From the IMG/VR virus record IMGVR_UViG_3300033177_000258: a stretch of DNA of 64,000 nucleotides; one strand, written 5' to 3'. The DNA comes from a virus (lineage: Duplodnaviria; Caudoviricetes). Below the pieces are notes generated by a model that was given only the letters and a program-made list of their open reading frames with translations, did not search any database and was not told the origin of the DNA. How positions within the stretch are numbered: position 1 is the first letter of the stretch; every line of letters starts with the position of its first letter. Positions 47,986 to 58,134 of this stretch are shown in pieces. Made by a program: the position numbers and the translations under genes.

Positions 47986-50900
47986 ATGCCTGATGCACCT
48001 ACAATAGACATCACTAATCGCGTCAAGCGGGCCGTCTGGTTCACCAAGGTGGAACCGTTCACCGCCACTGCTGCCGTGCCTCCGCTGGTGTCGTTCCACA
48101 AGGCCGGGCCCGAGATTTCCGACCCTACCGCCCCCTTCACTGGTGGCGGGTTCACGCCCGTGGGCAAGCCGGCTGAAGACATGAGTGCCGAGGTCTATAT
48201 CACGAAGCCCCTGGTTCCGTGTGTGGTGATGAAGACTGAGACCTCATCCAACTGGATGGGCAACGACGATGATGGCTGGATGGCCGGCTTCACCCCTGTG
48301 GCCGGCGCCACTGTTGAGGCCGACCAGATTTACACAGCCGGCATGCGGCCGGGCCCAGGCGAAACCAAGTGGTACATGGGCGCCAGCAATATGCTGCCGT
48401 CTGTCTACGTGTCCACCGACAAGTTCTTCTGCCTCAAGGGACCCACGCACTGGCGCAACTTCAAGCTGCGCGGCATCTTCAAGGTCGCCCCCATCCCCGA
48501 GAACTTTGGGCACTTCCACCAGGAGTCGCTCATGTCCGTCTCGGGGACCAACTGGACCGTCCCGGTGATGGCGTCTTCCAACCCGGCGCAGTCTGGCAAC
48601 CCCTACGCGAACTTCGTCTCTATCTGCATGGGGGACTGGGGTTCTTCAGCCCAGAGGGCCCCGCGCTACTGCCTGTTGTTCCGCCTGCCGTCATGGGAAC
48701 CCATCCTCTACGTGAGCCGGAGCGCCACGACCGCCCCGGATGTCGGAGAGATGACGCACCCGTCCAAGAACCCCCAACTCAATGAGTGGCAGGAGGTGCC
48801 TCGCTCGAACGACCCGCGCGAGGGCTTCCAGTTCGACACCGGGGAAGCGCAGGAAATCAACTTCACCGCCTACATCGAGGGCGGCTGCTTCTACGTCGCG
48901 ATGCAACCTTGGGGCACCGGGCAGAAGACGGCGCGCTTCTCATGGAAGCTGGATGCTGCCGAGGGGCGCAAAGACGAGTCCTGGTCTGAGGGCGCAGCCG
49001 ATGGCGAGTACAAGAGCGACCTCGAATTGCAGGGCAAGACCGACAACGACAAGCTGAATACACAGTTGACCGAAGGCCGCATCCTTGTCATGGGCAACGG
49101 CGCCCCCGTCAACTTCTGCCTTGGTACCGAGTTCGAGCCCTACGACGGGGGTGGAGACACCAGGGAGCTCGTCGCCCACTATGTCACATCCTGGTCATCC
49201 CTCAAGCAGATGGCGGCCGACAACAACGCTGGCGGGACAGTCGAAGAGAGCGACATCAAGGACATGCTCAAGAGTGGCACGGTGGTTGTCTCACACCACC
49301 CTATCCACGACAGCAGCCTGACGAACTATGTCAACCCAACGATTGACTCGGTGACTGTAGACACCGACCATGCCACTGCCGCCGCCGATGGCAGCACGAA
49401 CTCGGATGACTGCATTGTCAAGGTCACTATCAAGGCCAAGGCCGGCTACGCTCAGGCTCCCAATGGCGGCCCGAAGACCAAGGTCTTCCCGAAGATTCGC
49501 TATGTCCGCTTCATCGCAGAGCCCTACACCAACCTTGGCGACGGTATGCTGCCGGAGACCGGCTCTTTCTACCTACAGAACGGGCTGGACTTCAGTCTGG
49601 AAGCTGGAGCTGAGGGCGAGGTCAGCGGCAGTACGCGGTTCGACATAGGCGAGAGCGGGGGCTACTTCCCCGGCGTCACGGACGACCCTCGCACAGGCGC
49701 CTGGCAGGACACCGACGAGTACATGTCCGCTGAAGGTCTGCGCGGCTTCCCGTCAAAGACCGTCTGTGGGTACGCGTTCATTGATGACAGCGGCAACGAG
49801 GTCTACAAGATGTGGCCCGTTGCGAAGAAGTACACGGACAAGGCCACCTTCCAGATGTCCGCTGGCGGGGAAGTGGGCTCTGCGTCCATCATCGGCCGCA
49901 TGAACGAAGTGGGCCGGCATGCCTTGTTGCAGAAGGCGAAGGGCTTCAGCCTACCGGCCATGGACGGCTACAGCCACTTCTACGCCATCAAGCTGCTGGC
50001 TAACTATGCCGGCATTGCGGACACAGAAATGGCCCCATGGACTGTTGGGGTCAGCGGCCCGAAGGCTTCGAGCGGCCAGTACCAGAAGACCGACAGCAAA
50101 CCATCGCTCGCTTTGGTAGACAAGCAGTTCGCGCCTCAGACCGATGCCGTACTGGCGTCTTGGGACGCCCCGTGTCCAGGCCAGGTCGAGAACGTTGGGG
50201 GCGAGAACGGCAACTGGCGCTTCCTGCTCTCTCCAGGAGGCTCAGTCTACGACCTGATGCAGCAGATTGCCAGGACGTTCGGCTTCCGGTTGTACTTCGA
50301 CAATCTGGGGCTTCTACACTATGAGCCAGACCTGTTCCCGCTGATGGCTGGCGGCATCATCGCCAATGCCAACGCCGCGCCCATCCTCCAGCACCTGGCG
50401 AAGGGCGAGTTCATCACTGAAGACCACTTCTCCTACGAGAACAGCATCATCACCATGGAATCGACCAACGTGATGCTGGGCCGTCACGATGGCGTGATGG
50501 TCATGGGCGAAGCGCTCTACCCAACGTGTGTGTGCGGCCGGGCGAACTGCCGGCTGGTGGGCCAGACCGTGAACAATGTCTACCACTATGTGCGCTGGGG
50601 CGGCTCTCTGCCGTGGAACTCAACCAGGAAGATACCAGCGTTCCGCTACGTCTACGCCAACACTCCGCAGCAGGCGCGCAACCCAATGTTGCGCAAGACC
50701 TGGTTGTACATATCGTCGCCACACCTGACGACCCCGGCGATGGTCAACTCCTACGCCGCCTATCTGCAGAACTGGTGCTCGCAGTGGTGGGTCGGAGACC
50801 TGTACAACATCACGATGATTGGGCAACCACACCTGTGGCCGGGAGACTTCATTTCCATCGCGTTCCCCAACGGGACGGACGTGCATGGATACCCTCGGTA

Positions 50901-51141
50901 CAGATACTTCTACATTAGGACTGTACATCATGGCTGCTCCAACGGCCGCTTCGATACTACGGTCACAGGCATGCTGCTGCCTACCCAGGAGTCGGAAAGC
51001 GCAAGGAAGTCGTTCAGCAGCACCTACACTTCTTCCAGCGCAATCCTCCCAACCCCGCCAGCATCCGCTAGCAGTCTTGAGTGGGGCGGGCGCAAGCCGA
51101 CACTCACCACCTATGGCGGAGAAATGGAGGACTGGTTCTAA
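47986..51141 (+). CDS. baseplate hub / Tal-like tail protein
   Basis: YDLMQQIARTFGFRLYFDNLGLLHY and GQPHLWPGDFISI..YIRTVHH hub-like motifs. Confidence 0.65.
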   Translation: MPDAPTIDITNRVKRAVWFTKVEPFTATAAVPPLVSFHKAGPEISDPTAPFTGGGFTPVGKPAEDMSAEVYITKPLVPCVVMKTETSSNWMGNDDDGWMAGFTPVAGATVEADQIYTAGMRPGPGETKWYMGASNMLPSVYVSTDKFFCLKGPTHWRNFKLRGIFKVAPIPENFGHFHQESLMSVSGTNWTVPVMASSNPAQSGNPYANFVSICMGDWGSSAQRAPRYCLLFRLPSWEPILYVSRSATTAPDVGEMTHPSKNPQLNEWQEVPRSNDPREGFQFDTGEAQEINFTAYIEGGCFYVAMQPWGTGQKTARFSWKLDAAEGRKDESWSEGAADGEYKSDLELQGKTDNDKLNTQLTEGRILVMGNGAPVNFCLGTEFEPYDGGGDTRELVAHYVTSWSSLKQMAADNNAGGTVEESDIKDMLKSGTVVVSHHPIHDSSLTNYVNPTIDSVTVDTDHATAAADGSTNSDDCIVKVTIKAKAGYAQAPNGGPKTKVFPKIRYVRFIAEPYTNLGDGMLPETGSFYLQNGLDFSLEAGAEGEVSGSTRFDIGESGGYFPGVTDDPRTGAWQDTDEYMSAEGLRGFPSKTVCGYAFIDDSGNEVYKMWPVAKKYTDKATFQMSAGGEVGSASIIGRMNEVGRHALLQKAKGFSLPAMDGYSHFYAIKLLANYAGIADTEMAPWTVGVSGPKASSGQYQKTDSKPSLALVDKQFAPQTDAVLASWDAPCPGQVENVGGENGNWRFLLSPGGSVYDLMQQIARTFGFRLYFDNLGLLHYEPDLFPLMAGGIIANANAAPILQHLAKGEFITEDHFSYENSIITMESTNVMLGRHDGVMVMGEALYPTCVCGRANCRLVGQTVNNVYHYVRWGGSLPWNSTRKIPAFRYVYANTPQQARNPMLRKTWLYISSPHLTTPAMVNSYAAYLQNWCSQWWVGDLYNITMIGQPHLWPGDFISIAFPNGTDVHGYPRYRYFYIRTVHHGCSNGRFDTTVTGMLLPTQESESARKSFSSTYTSSSAILPTPPASASSLEWGGRKPTLTTYGGEMEDWF

Positions 51142-51869
51142 TGCCTGGAAACCCAAGCCTCTTCGGAGCATCCGTGTGGGGCGGCCCGAGACAGATGACG
51201 GCTTCGCTGCTGAATACTTCTCGCCAGGAGAAGTATGTGGCTTCGCGCGATTGGCTATTGCCCGTAGTCCCGGCGCTGGTCCCGACGAACCTTGAGACGG
51301 CGACCGTCTCCGGCGCCGGAGCGGCCGGCGCCGCTGTGTCGGATGGCACTTGGGTAGCGACGGACTCGGACGGCAACCAGAAGCTCATCGTGGTAAAGCC
51401 GGCACCCATGCGTACCATCGTGTGGCTCTCGGCTTACGTCCCACAGTTCGATGGTAGCGAGCTACGCTCCGTCCTCCTGCAAGACAACGACCTGGTGGCC
51501 GCTTCCGCAGGGGGGCTCGGTTCTCCGGTCTTCTGGAGCGAGCAGGCCGACAACTCTGGCAACTGTGAGCTCATGGGCCTGCCGCCTGGCAATTTGCTGC
51601 TTGTCCGGTACCGCGCTTCCGTGAGCAACAACCTGTGGTTCGTGTCGTTCGATGAGAACGGCGCCCACACCATCAGCATCACACTGACGAAGATGCCCAC
51701 AGAAATGGCCCTGGCCTCCAACTCCTCCGACATCACGGTGACCGTGGGAGGAGAAGAAGTAGAGGTGGAGAGTGTGGACGCCGCATCGGGCGCCGTCGTG
51801 CTGGCGGCAGTCCCGGCGTCAGTACCGCTCTGCACATTCTGGACCATCTCGGGAGACGTGTTCGGCTAA
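51141..51869 (+). CDS. putative tail protein
   Basis: TAATG-coupled, GGAGG RBS. Confidence 0.55.
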   Translation: MPGNPSLFGASVWGGPRQMTASLLNTSRQEKYVASRDWLLPVVPALVPTNLETATVSGAGAAGAAVSDGTWVATDSDGNQKLIVVKPAPMRTIVWLSAYVPQFDGSELRSVLLQDNDLVAASAGGLGSPVFWSEQADNSGNCELMGLPPGNLLLVRYRASVSNNLWFVSFDENGAHTISITLTKMPTEMALASNSSDITVTVGGEEVEVESVDAASGAVVLAAVPASVPLCTFWTISGDVFG

Positions 51870-52795
51870 TGTCAGCTCAACGCAACATCTATGGCAACAG
51901 GGCTACCGCCGCGCGACCCGTCATCATTGACGGTATGACGCTGCTGCCTGGCCCCGCCTCTGCGTCTTCCGACCTGTCCAGACGAGCGGCGTTCACTTCT
52001 GTGGGTAACCCGACCATCGCCCTGGAGCGCCCCCCGCTGCTGTCCATGCAGTGGGTTGACGTTGTTAGCGACTTCCCTGTGGCTAGTTGGCTGCGCAGCC
52101 TGGAGCGCGTGCTTCTCGCCCCCGCCAACATCAACGAGAGCCGGCTCTTTGCTTGGCCGGAACTCCTCCACGCCATAGAGCTGGACCGGCAGCAGTATGT
52201 GGGCTACCTGATGTCTTACGAGGTAGGCGAGGACGCCAAGCGCGCTTCCAACGGCGCCACCTACAACAACAACCATACCTGGAGCGCCGGCCTGGCGTTC
52301 AGTCTGGCGCCCAACCGCACCATCAACCCCCTGCCCAGTCTGTCCGACGCCCCGGTAGTGACGGGCGGCACCGGGTCCATCTTCCGCCATCTGTCTATCG
52401 TTCACAGCGCGGTAGGGACCCTGCACTCCCCCTCTTCCATCAGATGGTCGAATGGGGGAAGTCGGGACAACAAGTACACGGTCGCGGGGGAAGCCATGGT
52501 GATGGCCAACTTCAGGGAGCCGGGAGAGCTCACGTTCTCCTGGTCGAACCTTCCCGACGTGACCCCTGGTGCGGACATGTACAACGTGTCCTACCCGCAG
52601 TACATCATGGTCTCCAAGTTCGAGGCGTTCCGTAAAGTCTCAGCCTATGTCCAGATTTGGGGCTTCGACCCCATTGACGGCAGGATGAAACAGTTGGCGT
52701 GGGGCAAAGTTATACAGATTAAGTACGCTCCGTTGGCCGGGCAACCGCCTCGCTACGAGGCAACTATGCGGGTGGCGCTCAAAGCGGCGCGATAG
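51869..52795 (+). CDS. putative tail protein
   Basis: TAATG-coupled in the tail operon. Confidence 0.55.
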   Translation: MSAQRNIYGNRATAARPVIIDGMTLLPGPASASSDLSRRAAFTSVGNPTIALERPPLLSMQWVDVVSDFPVASWLRSLERVLLAPANINESRLFAWPELLHAIELDRQQYVGYLMSYEVGEDAKRASNGATYNNNHTWSAGLAFSLAPNRTINPLPSLSDAPVVTGGTGSIFRHLSIVHSAVGTLHSPSSIRWSNGGSRDNKYTVAGEAMVMANFREPGELTFSWSNLPDVTPGADMYNVSYPQYIMVSKFEAFRKVSAYVQIWGFDPIDGRMKQLAWGKVIQIKYAPLAGQPPRYEATMRVALKAAR

Positions 52796-52811
52796 GAAGA
52801 CGACGGCGACG

Positions 52812-53012
52812 GTAGACCCGCGCGGGACGAGCCAGAAATGCTCGCGGTGCGGACACGTCGCGCGGGGCAACCGCGTGAGCCAGTCCGAGTTCCGGTGCCA
52901 GAAGTGCGGGTTCCGAATCAACGCCGACCTCAATGCGGGACGGAATGTGAAGGGGAAGTACCTGGTCCGAGAGGGCAGCGCCGTCTCGGGCGGGCCGCGT
53001 CAACCGGCCTAA
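52812..53012 (+). pseudogene. tnpB: 3'-terminal tnpB fragment (zinc ribbon + RuvC-III)
   Basis: Unlisted frame reads VDPRGTSQKCSRCGH..FRCQKCGFRINADLNAGRNV..RQPA*; no start codon. Confidence 0.85.
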
Positions 53013-53080
53013 AGCAGCGTGTTGTTTGCGGCTGCAAGCTGCCTTCGGGTAGTGGTTGAACAACCCCGTATTTGCCGGAT
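52958..53080 (+). ncRNA. second-family omegaRNA scaffold plus guide
   Basis: GGCCG-CGTCAAC-CGGCC, GCAGC/GCTGC, GCTGCC-TTCG-GGTAGT; TCAACC complementary to terminal GGTTGA (~53059). Confidence 0.65.
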
Positions 53081-53123
53081 AGCTATAGGACAACAACAAA
53101 GCAGTTGTCAACAAGGTGATTCA

Positions 53124-56100
53124 ATGGATGTTGCATACAACCCGGCACAGACCGGGAACGTTGTAGCAGCCCCTGAGTACAACGCCAACATGGCGGCCTT
53201 CCAGGCTGCCTTGGACGCTATGGAAGGGAAGATTTCCGGCGTCATCAGCGACATGCACGGGGAAGGCGTCCTGCGCGGTCTGCAGTTGATAGACGGCGGT
53301 AACTTCATCACCATCACCCCCGGAGTAGCCTACAGCGAGGGCATCCGGCTGCTGTTGAGCACCGCCTACAATGTGGCGCTGCCGCCCTATTCCGTCTGCC
53401 GCGCCTGGGTACTCGACAGCGACGATACCCCGGCCATTGTCAATGTGCCGGCCGAACGCGTGAACTACCCGGACAATTCCAGCAGTGTCGTCTACGACGG
53501 CGACACGGAGCGCACCGCTGTCTCTGGTGCCCTCCAGGGCTACGTGACGAAGCTCACGGACGGCACCGCCACCATCCTCTACAGTGGCAAGGGCCCCATG
53601 CACCTCATGCTGTCTCGGGACAGCGCGGGCGGCTCGGCTACCATCCAGACGCGGACCCAGAACGCCGATGGCTCCTGGGGTGCTTGGTCCACGGGAACGG
53701 CCGAGACCTCGGTTTCGTTCTACTCCTCCATCGCGCAGAAGCGTCGGGCCATCTGCATCGGTGCCCCCGATTCGGCTGGCGCCACGAAGCAGATTCGCAT
53801 AACCGCCACCGGCGATGCCTACATCGAGGGCTTCTATTACCTCGACCCCGAGGCCGAGTCCGACGCCAGGCCGTCTACCTATGCTGTCGCGCTGGCCTGG
53901 GTCTACACCGGGGCGGGCGGCGACATCCTTGAGGTCGTGGACACGCGGACCAACATCGTGCTCAGCAACTACTGGCTGAAGCTCATCGAGACGATGTACA
54001 AGCTGCTGGCCACGCAGGTAGTATGCACCGACTTCTGGTTCGACGGCTTTGGCTCGCTTGTGAACGTGGGCCTGGGCTCAACCTGCAACGTGGACACGGG
54101 GGCTCACCAGGCGGATATGGGAGCACTGCCGCCCTACCCCGTCGCGACCTGCGGCCAGTACACCATCCCTGGTCGCGGCACTTCAGTCACTGAGACCATC
54201 GCGCTTTCCCGCACGGCTGTGCAGCTCACCTACCCACGCCTGCAGGGGGGCTCGGTGGTTGTCAAGAACGCCACCGGCATCACCACCTACGCTACCGGCT
54301 ACATCGTGGACACGGCGGCCGGCACCATCGCCTGGGACCCCGACGCGGACCCGCAGCCCATCACGGAGAACGAGACCGTTAGGGTGACCTACACCGGAAT
54401 CTCAACTCTGGTCCTGACGGCGCGCGAGCCCGGAGACCGCAAGGTTCTGGTCGAAGTCTCCGAAGGCTCGACCGCCGACGCCGACGAAGCGTCGCTGAGT
54501 TGGTTGCGGCAGAATGGAATCCAGGGCTACATCTTCACTCCCAAGGCCGGCATTGTTGGTCGCGACGGCAACGGTCTCAAGGTGACAGTAGAGCACGGCA
54601 CCAACAACCGCAGCACCCTGGCCGAGCTGCAGCTCAATGACCGCGCCGTTCCTCCGACCCACAGCATGGAACTCAAGTCTGCTGTGCTGGGGACCGAAGG
54701 CAACTTCGTGCGGGCCAAAATCAGCAACGACACTGGTCAGCGCCTACAGGAAGAGGGTTTCGAGACGGTATCCCCGGCAAGCTGGGTCTTGCAGGCGAAC
54801 TCCAAGGGCACCGTCGCCGTGGCTACCGACCAGAAGCGCGCCGGCATCTACTCCCTGAAGTTCCACAAGACCTCTGACGGTTCCCGCATGCGGGGCTACC
54901 AGCTCTTCGACGCCAAACAGAACTTCGAGTACCAGGTGACCCTGTACTTCGCGTCATCCGCGTGCACATCGGACATCAACGGAACCGCTCGCATCTTGAG
55001 CGCCGACCGGGCCACCGAAGTTGCCTCATCGCAGTTCCTGAGCGGAGCCAACCGCAACAACCTGACGTTCGCGTCAGCTACGTTCACGTTCGTCTGCCCG
55101 TCCACAATGAACCGCCTGGCTCTCGCGCTGGACATTGACGACGGCACTGGTGATGTCTGGGTGGATGACTGCAGCATCACCGTCGTCACCCCCGACTCCT
55201 TCAAGCTGGAGGTTGAGGACGGGCATCTCTACCCGTTCTTCAGCCCTCTGACGCTGACCGGCGAGGAGCTGTCCGCGTCATCATCCGAAAGCGACGCGGA
55301 CCACGTTCTGGATGGGGACAAGACCACCTACTGGCAGGGCGGAGAGAACACATCCTGGCTGGCGGCCGACTTCGCTACGGCCCCGCAGGCCATCACCGGG
55401 GTCTCCATCTTCGTCCCCCAGAATGTGCTCGATGCGGCCGTGGACGTAGAGCTTGAGACCAAGGACGGCACTGGCGTCTATACCTCGGTACGCACGAGTA
55501 CCATCAAGGCCGGCTGGTGCGCGCTGAAGCTCCCAGGCGAAGTTGACGCCTACGGCGTGCGCCTGACCACCGCCGCCCCCATCGCCATCCTCCGCGTGCA
55601 CACCGATACTGCGGGAAGCAACCCTCAGCCCCGCGATGGCGCCCTTAACGACTCGCTCCTCCTGGGCGGGGGCTTCGAAGCGTGGGAGACCCGCTCCGGC
55701 AAGCAGCAGCCCATGACCTGGACACGCAAGGTGGCCGGCGTTCTCGCTGACGGCGCCTACAGCACCCAGGCATCTGTCGTCTTGGCCGGCTCTCGGTCGG
55801 CCGAGGACGCTTCAGTCACAGACAACATCGGCACCTACGAGAGTGACACCATTTCTCTCGCCGTTGGCAAGGACTACACCGCTTTCGTCATGGCTCGGGC
55901 AAGCGGCCTCACCGCCGCCGAGGTGTCCGCCAGCATCGTGCCCATGGACGGGGAGACCGAAGGTACCCCCATCCCACTGGTGACCGAGGCCGGGGCTTCG
56001 TCCATCACAGCGGATTGTGAGTGGACGCTGTTGGCCGTGCGCTTCACCGCCACTACCACGACCGCCAAGATGCTCCTGAAGCGCGATGGTGTCGGCACTG

Positions 56101-58127
56101 TGCACTGGGACGGCGCCGAGTTGTTCTTGGTGGGTGAGACGTACCGCAACCTGACGCTGGACGCGCAGGACCCGGCCATCGGCTGGGAAGTGCCCTACAC
56201 CAAGGCCGAGAACGCGGTCAATTCCGGCGACACCAAGTCCGAACTCGTTTCCCTGGTGAACCTCACGGGCGCCACCGGCTTCCCCGACGACGACACCGAC
56301 ATGAACCCGGCTGCCGTTGACTTCTGCTACCTGTCGGGTGGCGGGACGCAGTACATCACCACCAAGCTCACCATCCAGCGCTATGCTGTGGGGCTTGACG
56401 GGGTGCCTACCGGCACGCTGATTTCCAGTGAAGAGTTCGACAACCTGACGGTCGCCGCGAACGACGTACCGGGTGGGTTCACCCCCGTGAATGAAGACCT
56501 GGAGACCGTGATAGACCAGCAGTCCGCCCTGGTCAATGTGCAGGTGACTCCCAAAACAGCAACGGCCACCTACCTCGACAACCCGGTTGTCGGGAGCTCT
56601 TTCCTCACTGGCGGGGCAACCGACTACGATACGGTCAACCTGGACATCTACGCGACCAGCTCGGTCACGCAGGAAGCCGAAGACCTGTTGGGCTTCAACA
56701 TGGGGGGCGCCGACTTCTACGCTACGGATGTGGACTTCAATAGCCAGACCAACGACACCGGAGCCCACGACGGGGCCTATGTCTCGGGGTCTGGCACGTT
56801 CTACCTGCACATCACGGAAGCTCTGGCTAAGCTCTACCTCGTCTACTACTCGGACGCCGCCTTCGGCACGCTGCAACTGGCCATCGCCGAGTACGACTCG
56901 GACGGGGTTCTAGGCGCCTTCTCTTCTGCGCACGCGGCCCTGCTGGTCTCCAGCGTTGACCAGTCGGCCGGCGCCGGCCAGCAGCAGGAAGTGGCTATCG
57001 CCCAGCGGATGGTAGAGACATACAACAACGGCGACCCGAAGCACTACGTGCTTCGCCTGACCCCCGCAAGCGGCACCTGCAACATTGACGCCTTCCGGTT
57101 CCTGGTGGTGGCGCATCACGAGACATTCACCGACCTGAGCGTGCGGCCGGCTGTATTCTCGCAGAGCGGCAAGAGCCCTCTGCTGACAGTCATCAACAGC
57201 GGCTACGGCAGCCAGGGGCCCAGCTCCATCATCGGAGCGGCGGGCGCCAACTCCAACTCGAACTATGACAACCCGACGCTGGGGGGCTACTGGCTCGAAG
57301 GCGAGTCTGGCACTACGCAGGTCCTGTACGGCCCTATTCTGGACAGCTCCCCGTTGGCCTACTGGGACGCGCTCGTGCTCTATGCCGACACGCTCATTCC
57401 CGAAGGCACCAGCATCACCTTCCAGTACAGTCTGAACCCGCTGAACGATACGCCTGTGTGGGCTCCGCTCACAGCCGGAGCGTACAACGCCCTCAATGGT
57501 GAGGTTGGCGACAACAAGCTGCAGTTGCGCGCGGTCCTGGCGACCGAGGTAGCTGGGCAGACCCCGGTCCTCTACAACTGGGGCGTGTTCTGGGGCTCGC
57601 CGTCATACACCCCAGAGGGCGCGCGCACGGTCGTGCTGGAAGGCGATGCCTACATCATGTCCACCAGCAGCACCGTGGCCAGCAGCAGCGCGGGGGGCTT
57701 CCACGCCTCCAGCACTGAAGTGGTGGAAGGCTCCGGCATCATCAACATCCCAGTTGCCTGCCGGCCGTCTCGGGTCGCCCTCTCCATCGAGTCGGTGTAC
57801 GTGGGCCCGTACCATTCCTGGGGCGAGCACTATGCCCAGCAGGTCACCAACCCCTACGACCCGTACTACGGCGAGTACGGCTATTGGGACAACTATGGCT
57901 ACACCGGAGCATATGGCTACGGCTACTACGGCTACGATTGGCCGGCCGACTATTTCGGCTGGCAGTCCGTCGAAGTTGAGAACCTTGATGGACAGGCTGC
58001 CACCATCAATGGGTCTCCCGTAGAGATATACGTTGGCGGCCAAAGCAGCAACCAATTCAGTATCTTCTGGCGTTTTCCTGTGGGCTGGCAGGTCAAGGTC
58101 CACTACGTGTGCGAAGGTTGGAGGTAG
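53124..58127 (+). CDS. large tail fibre/appendage protein with carbohydrate-binding-like and sheath-like domains
   Basis: ATG 53124 after AAGGTG; VWVDDCSI and VHWDGAEL (CBM-like), LDGDKTTYWQ (F5/8C-like), repeated G..GN.LKV and E.FDNL..VIN motifs. Confidence 0.6.
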   Translation: MDVAYNPAQTGNVVAAPEYNANMAAFQAALDAMEGKISGVISDMHGEGVLRGLQLIDGGNFITITPGVAYSEGIRLLLSTAYNVALPPYSVCRAWVLDSDDTPAIVNVPAERVNYPDNSSSVVYDGDTERTAVSGALQGYVTKLTDGTATILYSGKGPMHLMLSRDSAGGSATIQTRTQNADGSWGAWSTGTAETSVSFYSSIAQKRRAICIGAPDSAGATKQIRITATGDAYIEGFYYLDPEAESDARPSTYAVALAWVYTGAGGDILEVVDTRTNIVLSNYWLKLIETMYKLLATQVVCTDFWFDGFGSLVNVGLGSTCNVDTGAHQADMGALPPYPVATCGQYTIPGRGTSVTETIALSRTAVQLTYPRLQGGSVVVKNATGITTYATGYIVDTAAGTIAWDPDADPQPITENETVRVTYTGISTLVLTAREPGDRKVLVEVSEGSTADADEASLSWLRQNGIQGYIFTPKAGIVGRDGNGLKVTVEHGTNNRSTLAELQLNDRAVPPTHSMELKSAVLGTEGNFVRAKISNDTGQRLQEEGFETVSPASWVLQANSKGTVAVATDQKRAGIYSLKFHKTSDGSRMRGYQLFDAKQNFEYQVTLYFASSACTSDINGTARILSADRATEVASSQFLSGANRNNLTFASATFTFVCPSTMNRLALALDIDDGTGDVWVDDCSITVVTPDSFKLEVEDGHLYPFFSPLTLTGEELSASSSESDADHVLDGDKTTYWQGGENTSWLAADFATAPQAITGVSIFVPQNVLDAAVDVELETKDGTGVYTSVRTSTIKAGWCALKLPGEVDAYGVRLTTAAPIAILRVHTDTAGSNPQPRDGALNDSLLLGGGFEAWETRSGKQQPMTWTRKVAGVLADGAYSTQASVVLAGSRSAEDASVTDNIGTYESDTISLAVGKDYTAFVMARASGLTAAEVSASIVPMDGETEGTPIPLVTEAGASSITADCEWTLLAVRFTATTTTAKMLLKRDGVGTVHWDGAELFLVGETYRNLTLDAQDPAIGWEVPYTKAENAVNSGDTKSELVSLVNLTGATGFPDDDTDMNPAAVDFCYLSGGGTQYITTKLTIQRYAVGLDGVPTGTLISSEEFDNLTVAANDVPGGFTPVNEDLETVIDQQSALVNVQVTPKTATATYLDNPVVGSSFLTGGATDYDTVNLDIYATSSVTQEAEDLLGFNMGGADFYATDVDFNSQTNDTGAHDGAYVSGSGTFYLHITEALAKLYLVYYSDAAFGTLQLAIAEYDSDGVLGAFSSAHAALLVSSVDQSAGAGQQQEVAIAQRMVETYNNGDPKHYVLRLTPASGTCNIDAFRFLVVAHHETFTDLSVRPAVFSQSGKSPLLTVINSGYGSQGPSSIIGAAGANSNSNYDNPTLGGYWLEGESGTTQVLYGPILDSSPLAYWDALVLYADTLIPEGTSITFQYSLNPLNDTPVWAPLTAGAYNALNGEVGDNKLQLRAVLATEVAGQTPVLYNWGVFWGSPSYTPEGARTVVLEGDAYIMSTSSTVASSSAGGFHASSTEVVEGSGIINIPVACRPSRVALSIESVYVGPYHSWGEHYAQQVTNPYDPYYGEYGYWDNYGYTGAYGYGYYGYDWPADYFGWQSVEVENLDGQAATINGSPVEIYVGGQSSNQFSIFWRFPVGWQVKVHYVCEGWR

Positions 58128-58134
58128 TGCACCC

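Noticed and set aside
51211-51220. TGAATACTTC partial promoter motif
   Set aside because: Lacks CGG, is intragenic and has no linked start.
52211-52220. 10-nt match (ATGTCTTACG) to the orphan guide
   Set aside because: Too short to distinguish from chance; no complete guide target was seen in the window.
52838-53123. ORF 52838..53059 and the early start of ORF 53019
   Set aside because: They overlap the tnpB stub and omegaRNA in other frames; the RBS supports ATG 53124.
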